From a virus, in IMG/VR virus record IMGVR_UViG_3300045988_180769, positions 32,001-96,000 of that record: a stretch of DNA of 64,000 nt, one strand, 5' to 3'. Positions within the stretch are counted from its first letter, which is position 1. Every line of letters begins with the position of its first letter. A program made the position numbers and the translations under genes. The notes below the pieces were generated by a model. It saw nothing but the letters and a program-made list of their open reading frames with translations, was not told the origin of the DNA and did no database searches. Positions 28,701 through 35,930 of this stretch are shown in pieces.

Positions 28701-31002
28701 GATTCGTCACTACATATGTATATGTTCCATTTCCCAACATCACTGATGTAACTCCATTGACATTAGTGATCGCTGTCTCTCCATTGATTGATAATTGTGC
28801 TCCTTGAATGAAATTTCCATTCTCAATATCTCTAACTGTCAATCTAAAAGTATAATATGCCTTTCCTAACTTTACAATCTGTGATATTGACTCTCCATCT
28901 ACAACCAGTCTATTGGAATAAGTCATGTATCCTGTTTTGAAAATAGAATAATCATAAATACCATCAGGTAAACTAATAATTGCAACACCATTTTCATCTG
29001 CAATATATGTTGCATTATTTATCGAAACAGTAGCTCCAGGAATAACTGTTTCAGTCTCTTCATCTAATATCGTGAATTTGATTTCATAAGGAACTGCAGC
29101 CATTTCAATCACAACGCAGTTTGGTTCTTCACCAACTACTGTAATGTTTTGAGTTTTCCTTTGATATCCCTCTTTTAATACAGTTACTTCGTAATTACCA
29201 ACCTCAAGTCCTATTTCAGCCTGTCCTTCTTCGTTGGTTACTTCGTTTTGATTGACTACAGAAATATTCGCTTGTGGAACATAAACACTTCTTGTTCTAT
29301 CTATCACTGCAAAACTTACTGTAAGTGTTTCTAAAAACATTCTTTCGAATATTTCTAATGGTTGATTTTCAACTGTCAGAACACTTTCAATTGTTTTAAA
29401 TCCAGCCTTAGTTATTGTATAACTATATGTTCCAGGTTCGAGCTCAACTTTTGCTATTCCATCAGGATCTGTTGTTATTGTATAAATACCAACATTTATC
29501 GAAGCACCTTCCATTGGCGCGTTTCCTTCGTAAACAGTAAATACGACTTCATAAGGAGTCGCTGTAAAATCATTTACTGTTACAAAAACAGGACCATTTA
29601 ATACAACAAATTCACCAGTCTTTTGAGTCCAATTTGCTTTTGTTAAGCTAAAACTATATTCACCATTTTCGAGAAGAATATTCGCTGTTCCATTAGCATC
29701 TGTGATAATTACTTTATTACCTATTGTAATGTAAGCACCAGGAACTGGAATATTTTTTAAATTTGTTACAGTAAAAGATACAAGATATTTTTGAGATACA
29801 ATAGTTGTTTGTGTTCCTTTATAAATGTCATTATCACTCGCAGGATAAAAGATGTTCGAAAGATCAGAACCAGAATCATATAAAATATTCCCTTCCAGAT
29901 CTCTCATTCTAAATCCTTTGATTCTTGGTAACATATTCAAAGGTACTTCTTCATCATAATAGGGAAAGAAATATTCATCAGGAACATACTTAACACCATC
30001 TGATGATTTCACTACTTGTAAAAGATCGTCCCACTGAACAGTTTTTCCTGGCTCCCAAAATCTAAAATCCAAATATTTGGTCATTGCAATTTGAATATTC
30101 TTTCTTACATCTGCAATGTCTGTATCAGGATAAAGTTCAACTCTAAAGTCTACACCTTCTTCTCCACCAACATACATCCATTTTGCATTCTCAAGAACAA
30201 CACCAATTGTTTCTCCTGACAAATTTAATTCTGTTAAACCAAAATAAGGAGTTGCTTGTTCGAGGAGTGTTTCAAGTTCGTCATCAGTAAAAAACGATCC
30301 ATTCTGTGTAACAAGATAGATATGTGTTTTACCATCCTCACCAAGTCCAACATTCATCACTCTCAAAATTCTACTATCTAAATCCTGGAATATTTGTGTC
30401 CAAGATTCCATTGTTTCTTCTGAAAGCTTATTGTTGTAATTTATAATTCTGTTTCTAAATGTCTCATCATCCTCATAATCACGACCTCCAATAGCTGCAT
30501 ATTCATTTGTACACTCAATATGTGTCAATGGTCTTGGAGATACTTGAGTTATACTGTTTGCTTCTACATTAGTTGCTGAACCAGTAATAACACTCTTTAC
30601 ACTTACATATCCATATCCTGAATTATCAACTGTATAAGCCTGATCAACAATAAATCGTATACCATTCTTTGAAATGAAATATGTTCCAACTGCATAAATT
30701 GTTCCAGGTTGTGCAAAAACTCGTACATAAGTAGATGATCCTAAAGCCTGTTTTCTTGGACTTACACCAAACAATGCTGCAGACTTATCCAGATAATCTC
30801 CAGTCGCTGATTTTGGAAATATCTGCGCTTCTACGATACTAATGTCTTTAAGTGCTTTTTGTGCAACCTTTGCTGTACCAAAAGCAACTCCATTCAAGAT
30901 CGATCCATCAGCAATGTTGGACACCTTATCTGTCTTATTTAAAAACATTTCGATCCACAAGTTTTTTAAATTTGCGATCGTACTACTTGTTTTTGTAATC
31001 AT
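19702..31002 (-). CDS. giant baseplate protein (3766 aa): Baseplate-J-like N-terminal domain fused to dozens of beta-sandwich repeats and a distinct C-terminal domain
   Basis: The N-terminal ~400 aa fit the gpJ/gp6 pattern: DYLDKSAALFGVSPRKQALGSSTYVRVFAQPGTIY...GSATNVEANSITQV...AIGGRDYEDDETFRNRI. From about 29790 downward come serial ~85-aa CarboxypepD_reg-like modules (...GA.I.I......TD.NG.A...L..G.Y.Y...K.G...). Seven ~166-aa super-repeats follow. Uninterrupted ORF with an ATG start. Confidence 0.8.
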   Translation of the reverse strand: MITKTSSTIANLKNLWIEMFLNKTDKVSNIADGSILNGVAFGTAKVAQKALKDISIVEAQIFPKSATGDYLDKSAALFGVSPRKQALGSSTYVRVFAQPGTIYAVGTYFISKNGIRFIVDQAYTVDNSGYGYVSVKSVITGSATNVEANSITQVSPRPLTHIECTNEYAAIGGRDYEDDETFRNRIINYNNKLSEETMESWTQIFQDLDSRILRVMNVGLGEDGKTHIYLVTQNGSFFTDDELETLLEQATPYFGLTELNLSGETIGVVLENAKWMYVGGEEGVDFRVELYPDTDIADVRKNIQIAMTKYLDFRFWEPGKTVQWDDLLQVVKSSDGVKYVPDEYFFPYYDEEVPLNMLPRIKGFRMRDLEGNILYDSGSDLSNIFYPASDNDIYKGTQTTIVSQKYLVSFTVTNLKNIPVPGAYITIGNKVIITDANGTANILLENGEYSFSLTKANWTQKTGEFVVLNGPVFVTVNDFTATPYEVVFTVYEGNAPMEGASINVGIYTITTDPDGIAKVELEPGTYSYTITKAGFKTIESVLTVENQPLEIFERMFLETLTVSFAVIDRTRSVYVPQANISVVNQNEVTNEEGQAEIGLEVGNYEVTVLKEGYQRKTQNITVVGEEPNCVVIEMAAVPYEIKFTILDEETETVIPGATVSINNATYIADENGVAIISLPDGIYDYSIFKTGYMTYSNRLVVDGESISQIVKLGKAYYTFRLTVRDIENGNFIQGAQLSINGETAITNVNGVTSVMLGNGTYTYVVTNPNYKRYTGTVTIKDQDVVETIYIQIRDTEVTFIATDQLTGEVIEGVNIDLVNKGTMEKVTSGVTNALGQVTLSAEADDYTWTATHKWYISVTQDVTLEKLKDIEVPFTMKRKDINTEVDLTEFIPGVSGDEDTVKVSGVKSVEALGNDGFYYVLRMPESILVPNSAISFDMRDLVQTFRRPEDGGLNVEYDWLLLGGARLDINIIPIPSPFATLEGTQINVAENVELKRDATPRECYIDLTVTTEVSQSTGNIKLTQQKSSRFMPVKSGLKVTAKNTVDGTTKQYTTNENGAIFPDITPGVSYEFTITEAGFYTNNGLFIMSWNFEGNFPVDMQITASKQLELRVKQANTLRPLEGAEIVVTGMSLDQTVTSGSDGSAKVYITPLTMGYTCTFPDHNVLTGTFTPPLTNDYIDLVLTYEQITFNLTVSNTVPYNHVAESCPVTVSSTWGGTPSQQYTFTGTTNANGVLNTLGNGTFNIPPGNYKITVGDANGNYEVATKDIYLPTEKTTSIIATRRSFSITATVKEILPLISSTANPVKAGLVLACYYNENGTSSGPNVTTNASGQFTKTIYAGLPERFEVQPVVFYEGNGAVVKLNNTDAKTPILTYTCSKRIPVYVTSDQYGELTGATVVFKGMSVDQTQTTDSDGIVYMYLSPISMNYTVSAQYYDTTTLTFTPTGSETRMDITLKAQVFPVTFNVSTGGIIAPEGIIVRITNEDKSTLVYEGTTDVNGLTIIPDVFTGNYSYAVLAGEITTGTFFHPQTSTGTVIDVEVKYELINAGIQVSEIFGSNGSAYLADQTLTMTSKAGEITITLDENGYANMTLIKTLPYTFTTDAYPNFYSNPTQTYTWTEDGYIWPMNLNVSAQITFNVKDQYAGTNLQGATVTWNSQQVTTNASGNAVLYRSALTKDYSVDDSGYDTKQGTITPTTTSPVNVLLYRIKQTVTISVAEVIPGVTGSFAYNGMTINYTSAAGNGTLTLSATGTASFDAYLGIPISFAVVLHPEFYSNPTQSHTYTAAGQSFAMNLTCSAKITIKAITDIYVTDPNLGGATVTYFNQTGTAASDGTVSLYRSGLTQGLSVSNGSYFNPYSGTITAAQTSPLTVTLTRIAVTALLTVNETISGTNYPLANSKITISRPGITGSSHDLNANGQLVSGTYYLGISYTFVPTNYSNYYSNASQAHTFTASGQSWVMNLTCSANVVVNVKSNIPASTNIQGASVSYFHQTKTTDASGNATFLRSGLNQSLSSSATYFDTLSTTLTAAQSSPFNITMIRATTPIVLKVVETIPGVTGTFAYAGKTIKWTAGSSTGNITTDSSGNVSFSGILGTAITFSVTENTDFYSNPSQSFTYTSEGQSQTMSLTCAKQIVVNTKVNVPTGNVAANMSVTYFNQTKTTDASGNASFYRSGLDKSITVGDSSYINGYSGTILSTSASPFNIVLTRKTATVTLQVVERYPGATTDYSYPNRPITVSPLTSGSSVTLNANSTVSFTAYLGTPTTFTVQEAPSWYSNPTQTYTFTAANQTFKMTLNITARITFNIKSNIPSGTNLSGANVTFFGQAGVTDSSGNVSFYRGVPGREYQVSATYHTGTSGQIGSGTTGTVNVVLSRLSANVTLSVQEATLVHSGYCLEIATAASGSTSPGLGGFTYSFPTAANKEYVAYFYAKVPTGYSISFHTNAIGDSAVSRWLTGTAGTGDWGLYMYYIRTYSTGTFSSTFFFVLQGTTRPVAWQLGLATVYDITGNNFTSSTAGTIIQRACTYDKMVSRHSDYSFQNGNNNITIYNNSGGSAVTLTRKATPSNGSYNPVSVYPSKKMTFTPAASTSPLTLDTAGNVTFACYLGTPITFGVVDYRNYYSNPDNAITFTSSGQVALISLKCNNSIRVNVVSNVPASTVLPGANLVYFGQKETTTSEGYVFFYRSGLDKPLTGTATYFNPYSGTVTAAQTSPYTITMLRTTVTVTLTVNEVIGSNSYRLASTVMSRTSTGGNADLTLDGNGQKSNTVYAGLVYTYTPKNYASYYSNATQTHTWTTEGEGWTMNLTASTRITFNVKSKNYGGNLSGVTLTMLGQTGTTDSSGNVSLLRSGCAVTRTYSYSKTNYVSGSAQLAAGTASPVNIILSEATSSITITIKDVYQGVIKGNTNGCPVTLTNTTLSTITFSGSTNSSGQVSFGPMITGTYIVRWGGGTSYWVAGSANINMPTAASTHNASRLTRSIGSFFRIKYGSALGWWAINTYMKPVYTTAGTATTVTLSNSEAVSYLGTYTWIAGIATTVVAKVANYFVTGATTTETPYVITPTYNFSNVPTAESNAFTSVAIKTIVVTVQNSLTNAAVSGATIKMYGLNGSNAISGAFSGGYAPQTVTTNASGQATVYVSGLTNRYQVSASKYDSLETTNANTTNFTIKLVPSEATITFNVVREDNTSLVAANCAVKLSTNKSTINYSGTTNSAGTVSIVIRPGAYYLQLGGLVTGWGTGASSGDYPVTTTYPAVWNFNIDQSVQVRAMYIGNNGWVQKVYDYAAGNQYSYGRYTGIGPSYNPYYSQPSNSSAYVVPLDYNNLPSNKIPSVGCANFYSSRGFFNLGQFDMAAVNTSNIGQYSEQLSLSMYDQNIMKSKVIFHEISSQTSGAWGTFEKCILYMFTASPQESLPKIAIATFTLMYNINHQQCLSRLIINTTFGTSSNPNNYFSNFGCLNSYSCIGGVVLGHNTVESGEIIISPSFEPKSFVATLHNYVPSNTLINMSGSVNTTTSYYKFMKAYEDNTYFVTLALGLDQASALTAWKLSCIKYDRTLQVNNSTNYSYYDNQVSVIQANLGANCWINSNCTWMFFVPKGSPTLFGYAKGLYSYYYNGNVIINANGFIVDSQTYMNTEHTAFLRSQMASYYVQEIIFSKSGTKMILFISGTAGCFGALFQNTSYAEGNNPKSFSCWQYSDVEGVWKSLGGSGDKINMEGTYNQSVAGGLSEVYRPSVYEVLSWNGDSYISFAYPSYSNPAISGKLPTTFYGYKLIW
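22400..26500 (-). repeat. seven tandem ~500-nt (~166-aa) coding super-repeats within the 3766-aa gene
   Basis: The landmark motif (F/Y/W)YSN(P/A)(T/S/D)Q..T(F/W/Y)T..G recurs at about 26180, 25685, 25180, 24685, 24185, 23150 and 22655. Each unit also carries ...TTDASGNA.F.RSGL.... Spacing is about 500 nt, except for a ~530-nt insertion at 23330-23860. Confidence 0.75.
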
Positions 31003-31007
31003 AGCAA

Positions 31008-31910
31008 TTATATTGGAACATTAATTAAAAAATCTTCTTTTGTTACTGTAACAGCTTTCACTTTCATGAAAACACTATCGTCTTTTTTCACCAAATCAAT
31101 TAATTCAGCACTCGCCCATCTATTGTCTCTCTGGAACATATTCATCAATGCTTTAAAAATAATAGGGTATTGAATTGCATTGGTTGTTGTGCCTATAAAT
31201 TCATTGGGGAGTCCATAATCTTTAAATTCTGGAATGCAACCTTTTAGAGCTTCAAGTACAATTGTTAAGGCCTGATCCATCGATTCGTGATACTTAATTG
31301 CTCTCAAATCATTATTCTCAAAACTAAAGTTCATATCTATATCTTTCCCAAGAATATTTTGATCCACAAGAGTATCAACTACATTATCAACATAATTCAC
31401 ACCCATGTTTTTCAAATTAACAAAGAAAGTATTACTACCTTCACCTGCCACATAATCCTCCTCAATTATATATTGAGGAATAGTTATATCCATCCAATCA
31501 TCTTCAGGTTCATTTGATTCCATTTGTTCAGAAACTGATTCAAATGTTTCTCCTGTCCTGAGTTGTTTGGCCATCTGTAATGTATTTGTTCTTCCAACTG
31601 TAGCACTTCTTAACCATCTGTCAGAGTTCTTTATCGTTAGAAGTTTTGTTTCAATCTCAGAAAAGTCTTCCAATAGCTCCCACATAGAAAGATCGTCCAA
31701 CTTATTTTCATGAAGTTGAAATAGTGGCTCGATTATTCTTACTTGTGAAATGAGTTTATCTAATTCATGGAATGACTTTGCATCTATTTCTCCTCCCTGA
31801 TAATAATCAACAATGTAAGGATAGTAGTTGTTGCAAAAGTCTACATATGATTGGAAAAACTCTTTTATGTTATAACCAGTCACTGATTTGAATTTTTCAA
31901 ACATATCCAT
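31008..31910 (-). CDS. hypothetical baseplate-module protein (300 aa)
   Basis: ATG-initiated ORF immediately upstream of the J-like gene. The assignment is positional only. Confidence 0.5.
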   Translation of the reverse strand: MDMFEKFKSVTGYNIKEFFQSYVDFCNNYYPYIVDYYQGGEIDAKSFHELDKLISQVRIIEPLFQLHENKLDDLSMWELLEDFSEIETKLLTIKNSDRWLRSATVGRTNTLQMAKQLRTGETFESVSEQMESNEPEDDWMDITIPQYIIEEDYVAGEGSNTFFVNLKNMGVNYVDNVVDTLVDQNILGKDIDMNFSFENNDLRAIKYHESMDQALTIVLEALKGCIPEFKDYGLPNEFIGTTTNAIQYPIIFKALMNMFQRDNRWASAELIDLVKKDDSVFMKVKAVTVTKEDFLINVPI

Positions 31911-31912
31911 AG

Positions 31913-32689
31913 TTATAATATATTAGCGATTGATGCAGCTAAATCATTCACACCTTTTTGAACAACACCTGCTGCACAGATTTTTGTTAATGCTGTTTTT
32001 GCTTTCGCTGAACCAGCCACAGCATCGAGTGGAGCGATTGCTATCATTGTTAAATTGTAGTCCCAAATCATGTTCTTATTCAAGTTTTGAGAAAACGATA
32101 TTCCTGATGGAGGAACGACAACCAAGTAACTTTCTCCAAGAGCGAGATTATAAAAATACAATCTTAATGGCAATCCAGTTTTATCTACACCACTACTTTT
32201 TGATATAATACCTTGTAACATTTTGATACATCCAAATCCAGTTTTGATACCAGCATCAAAGGCTGGTGTTTGAAGACCAAAAGTACTTTTTCCAGAAATG
32301 GATGTCAATGAATATTTTCCTGCTGATAAACTATAACCAGCTCCTGTCACACTACTCATTCCTCCACCAATAGACAACAATATTTTAAATGTCCTACCAA
32401 AATCACCTCTTATATTGATTTCTTGTGGAGTAAAAGTTGGAGTACTCATTACTGTGATACCACCAGCTGTGTTTCTAATTGTTTCTCTTTTAGGATCTGT
32501 TTTTGTAATGTTGTTTGGATTTATTGGAAATGTGAAAAAGTCTATTGTATTGCCTTGTGAATCAGCTAATTCCAGAGTACAAAGATACACCTCAAAATCA
32601 TTTGGATATTGAGATGCTAAAATTGCTCTACCTGCTGTTTCAATAATACCTGCTGCAGTTTTGATCGCAGCACTCGCTATATTTGCCAT
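31913..32689 (-). CDS. baseplate-module protein, possibly a tube-fold/tube-initiator-like protein
   Basis: FFTFPINPNNITKTDPKRETIRNTAGGITVMSTPTFTPQEINIRGDFG resembles the N-terminal strand pattern of contractile-system tube-family proteins. Lies between the spike-like and J-like genes. Confidence 0.35.
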   Translation of the reverse strand: MANIASAAIKTAAGIIETAGRAILASQYPNDFEVYLCTLELADSQGNTIDFFTFPINPNNITKTDPKRETIRNTAGGITVMSTPTFTPQEINIRGDFGRTFKILLSIGGGMSSVTGAGYSLSAGKYSLTSISGKSTFGLQTPAFDAGIKTGFGCIKMLQGIISKSSGVDKTGLPLRLYFYNLALGESYLVVVPPSGISFSQNLNKNMIWDYNLTMIAIAPLDAVAGSAKAKTALTKICAAGVVQKGVNDLAASIANIL

Positions 32690-32730
32690 AGAATTTTTCT
32701 CTTTATGCGATAAAGATACGAATTAATTTA

Positions 32731-33777
32731 TTAATCAGAAAAGATTACTTTACTTTTTATTGCATCAAAATTTAATGGTGAAATAGAAGCTACTGCTGTT
32801 TGACCTGCTGTAAATCCAAGTCTACCACCATCCATCGAACCAGCACCAGCCAAAGCTGAAGTCCATGCCTGTTTTAAAGTTGTTACTTGAGTTTGAACAT
32901 TATTCAATAACTGTATCAATGTATTTGCCAATGTCAATGGTTCTGCAGCTCCATTAATTTCAACTTTCGCTCCTGTCAACAATTTTATTAAATTTTGTGC
33001 CAACTGAATTTGTTCTTTTGCTTCATCAAAAGAAATAACAATATTGTTCTCATTCATAACAATACTCTCTTTCTCATTATTAAAATTCATGGCAATTTTT
33101 TGATCATCAATAACAAATTGAGCTTGTTTATCCTGTACATTTCGAATGATCTCAAATTTGTCTTGATTCATTATCACTTTCTTGATTTCCTTTCCAGGAT
33201 CTTTTGCTTCTTTTGTAACATCGATAATTTGAGCTTCTATTGTGTCGAATCCAAGTACTTTCACTTTTTTAGAAGCTATCACTTCAATTTCACCTGATGA
33301 TTGAATCTTAATCTTGTGTTCTTCATTACCACCAGCCAATATTGTAAACTTAACTGGCTCTTTTGTTTCGATAATATTTATATTAAACTCCTTATGTTTT
33401 GGGTCCATACAAAACATTGTCGTTGTTGATTCATGACTTTTTCTAAATCTTATAATCTCTTCTGACCAATTAGGAGTTTCATCATTTCCTTGTACTGTTC
33501 CAACGATTATTGGTTGATTTCTAAATGCACCAGAAGCTATTACTACTTGAGTTCCTTTTTCACCAGCTTTCTCAGGAAAAGAGATGTTTTGAATCGCTTC
33601 ATTAGTAATGTATACATCTGTTTTAAACAAACCTCCTTCTACTAATACACATACTCTATTGGTTCGATAACAAGTTTCGATAAAACCATCTCTATCCACC
33701 TCTTTTGGAATCATGATATATCCAACAGTTATTGGACTTAAATCATTTCTTTGTGTCTTTGGCTTTCCTCCTGTCAT
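32731..33777 (-). CDS. baseplate central spike/hub-like protein
   Basis: The N-terminal beta-rich region (VCVLVEGG...VVIASGAFRNQPIIVGTVQG) resembles gpV/gp5 OB-fold spikes. It is followed by short repetitive beta-strand segments. Located between the hub and baseplate genes. Confidence 0.4.
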   Translation of the reverse strand: MTGGKPKTQRNDLSPITVGYIMIPKEVDRDGFIETCYRTNRVCVLVEGGLFKTDVYITNEAIQNISFPEKAGEKGTQVVIASGAFRNQPIIVGTVQGNDETPNWSEEIIRFRKSHESTTTMFCMDPKHKEFNINIIETKEPVKFTILAGGNEEHKIKIQSSGEIEVIASKKVKVLGFDTIEAQIIDVTKEAKDPGKEIKKVIMNQDKFEIIRNVQDKQAQFVIDDQKIAMNFNNEKESIVMNENNIVISFDEAKEQIQLAQNLIKLLTGAKVEINGAAEPLTLANTLIQLLNNVQTQVTTLKQAWTSALAGAGSMDGGRLGFTAGQTAVASISPLNFDAIKSKVIFSD

Positions 33778-35930
33778 ACTAATCCTCCATACATTTTTCT
33801 ATTCAAAAAGAACTTAAATTGATCTTGATCAACCAATGGACTTGTTGCTGTTGTTAAATTTCCACTTTCAGCTTGTTTTGCACTTTTCTTCAGTTCATCC
33901 AAATTCACTATCTTAAAATAAGATGGGCTCCCTTGCCAAGGAACTGTATTCGAATTATCAAGTCTCTTAATACTTTTAGATGCTGTTCTTTCAAGTATAG
34001 GGACATACATTCCTCTTTCAACTTGCAAAATAGTTCTTCGATCTAATGAGCCTTCTGAAAATGAAACTGAATTCGATACACTCAATACATAGAAGAATTC
34101 ATTTGTTGATTCGTTCAAAACAAATGTTCCAACTTTAATTCTTCTATCTCCATTGATCTCGATTGTTCCTGTTCTTGTAAATGGTAGATATGCATTGCTT
34201 TCGACAAGATAGATTAGATCATTCAATAATGCTGACTGCATTGTTGAAAACTGCACTTTACTTTCTGTTCCATTAATTGTCTTCATTTGACAATACATAT
34301 CATTTATCTCTAATTTTCGATTGCCCCAAAGTTCAGCATATTCATTCAAATATACAATAGGAACGAACGCTAAATTTGTCGATTCATTGTCACCAATCAA
34401 ATTATTATTTTGTACATGAACTTGAAACCATGAATACACTCTCGAATCGTAACTCAAATTATACGATATAACATTATCAGGTGTTATCGTTATATATTGA
34501 CTATTCTTAAATGCACCCATTATTGCAGCCTCAGTAAAAGGTGGTTGTCGAACAATAAGATCAATTGTATTTATGTATGTATCAAAGAAAAATTCTACAA
34601 ATGGATATTGACATGCTCTATTCACATAATCCATTAGTGTTCCATTTGGATTTCCAATACTCGAATCGACAACTATTCTTTGTTGAACTTCAGGAGATAT
34701 GAAAGTCTTTACAATCTGCCATATTCCATTCACTTTCATAGATTCTTGTCCTTCTACTTCATAGCTTTGTATTCTCTTATCTCCCCATGATTGAAAAAGA
34801 TCGTTCTTACATACACCAATGTTCGACATTACATTGATAACGAACCAAAGAATTTCATTTATAGACTTGTATTTGTAACTCCACAAAAAATCGTAATTTC
34901 CAGTAATGATATTTCTCTTGTACCAAGAATCTTGTGGCCTTCCAAGATAAACCCAATTTTGCTTTGAATTATTTATATCTATCAATGGTATAAAGTAACT
35001 TCCATCTTCGACAAACAATTTAGAAATATCTCGTCCAAATATTGATGTTGTCTTTGAATTTTCCTCTGAAGAATAAGTTTCACTTGAACCATCTACAAAA
35101 CCAATCATATCCCATACATTATAATTTGTTCCTGTATTGGCCAAGTTATTTGGCGAGACAATTATATCATCTGATAATATAGAGTCTCTTTCCCTTTCAA
35201 GTTTTAATCTCTCAAACCTGATAAAAACAATATCGTTTATTTGAACAACTTTCTCAAGAAATGTTTTGTAATCATATCCTTCCTTTGTAGTGACATTTAC
35301 AATATCCCAATAACTTCCACTGTAATTACCACTTGTTTTTGCATCTTTAAATGGAGCTACATTTATTGTAAAACTTCCATTTTGAAAAGACTTATCGATA
35401 TTACAATCCATTACATATTGACTAACATCAATAATTGAGTCTATTGCTTTACAGTATATCCAAACTCGAACATTTAATGGCTGAACTTTTGTCCTTACTG
35501 CAGCATCTTCATCGTCAGCAACAATATTGTCAGGAACATATTTTGGATCTTTAATCAGTTTTTCCATATTCTCACTCCAATAGGAGAGAAAATCTTGTTG
35601 CTTTAAGAATAAAAAACTTTTCGCCACTTCTTCTAATATCAGTGGAGAGTCTTTTATAGGAAAAGCTAATTTTGTTGCAGGTTTAATATATGGAAGATTT
35701 TTACTCGAATATTCATTCTTATATTGTTCTTTCTCAAGATCGTCATATGTTGCCCATATCGTATCTATGTTTGAAAGCTCCTTCTCTCCTGAAACGATCT
35801 CCATAAACTGCTCTACTGTCAATTTAACACTTTCCTTGTTTTTAGGATCAACTTTAAATTGCCAGTATTCTATGAAAGCCTTTGGAGTAGTCTGTTCCTT
35901 GGTCTCTAATATGTAATTACTTATTTTCAT
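33774..35930 (-). CDS. tail hub / distal tail protein (718 aa), positional call
   Basis: Large ORF overlapping the stop of the tape measure gene, the canonical position for hub proteins. No motif recognised. Confidence 0.4.
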   Translation of the reverse strand: MKISNYILETKEQTTPKAFIEYWQFKVDPKNKESVKLTVEQFMEIVSGEKELSNIDTIWATYDDLEKEQYKNEYSSKNLPYIKPATKLAFPIKDSPLILEEVAKSFLFLKQQDFLSYWSENMEKLIKDPKYVPDNIVADDEDAAVRTKVQPLNVRVWIYCKAIDSIIDVSQYVMDCNIDKSFQNGSFTINVAPFKDAKTSGNYSGSYWDIVNVTTKEGYDYKTFLEKVVQINDIVFIRFERLKLERERDSILSDDIIVSPNNLANTGTNYNVWDMIGFVDGSSETYSSEENSKTTSIFGRDISKLFVEDGSYFIPLIDINNSKQNWVYLGRPQDSWYKRNIITGNYDFLWSYKYKSINEILWFVINVMSNIGVCKNDLFQSWGDKRIQSYEVEGQESMKVNGIWQIVKTFISPEVQQRIVVDSSIGNPNGTLMDYVNRACQYPFVEFFFDTYINTIDLIVRQPPFTEAAIMGAFKNSQYITITPDNVISYNLSYDSRVYSWFQVHVQNNNLIGDNESTNLAFVPIVYLNEYAELWGNRKLEINDMYCQMKTINGTESKVQFSTMQSALLNDLIYLVESNAYLPFTRTGTIEINGDRRIKVGTFVLNESTNEFFYVLSVSNSVSFSEGSLDRRTILQVERGMYVPILERTASKSIKRLDNSNTVPWQGSPSYFKIVNLDELKKSAKQAESGNLTTATSPLVDQDQFKFFLNRKMYGGLV

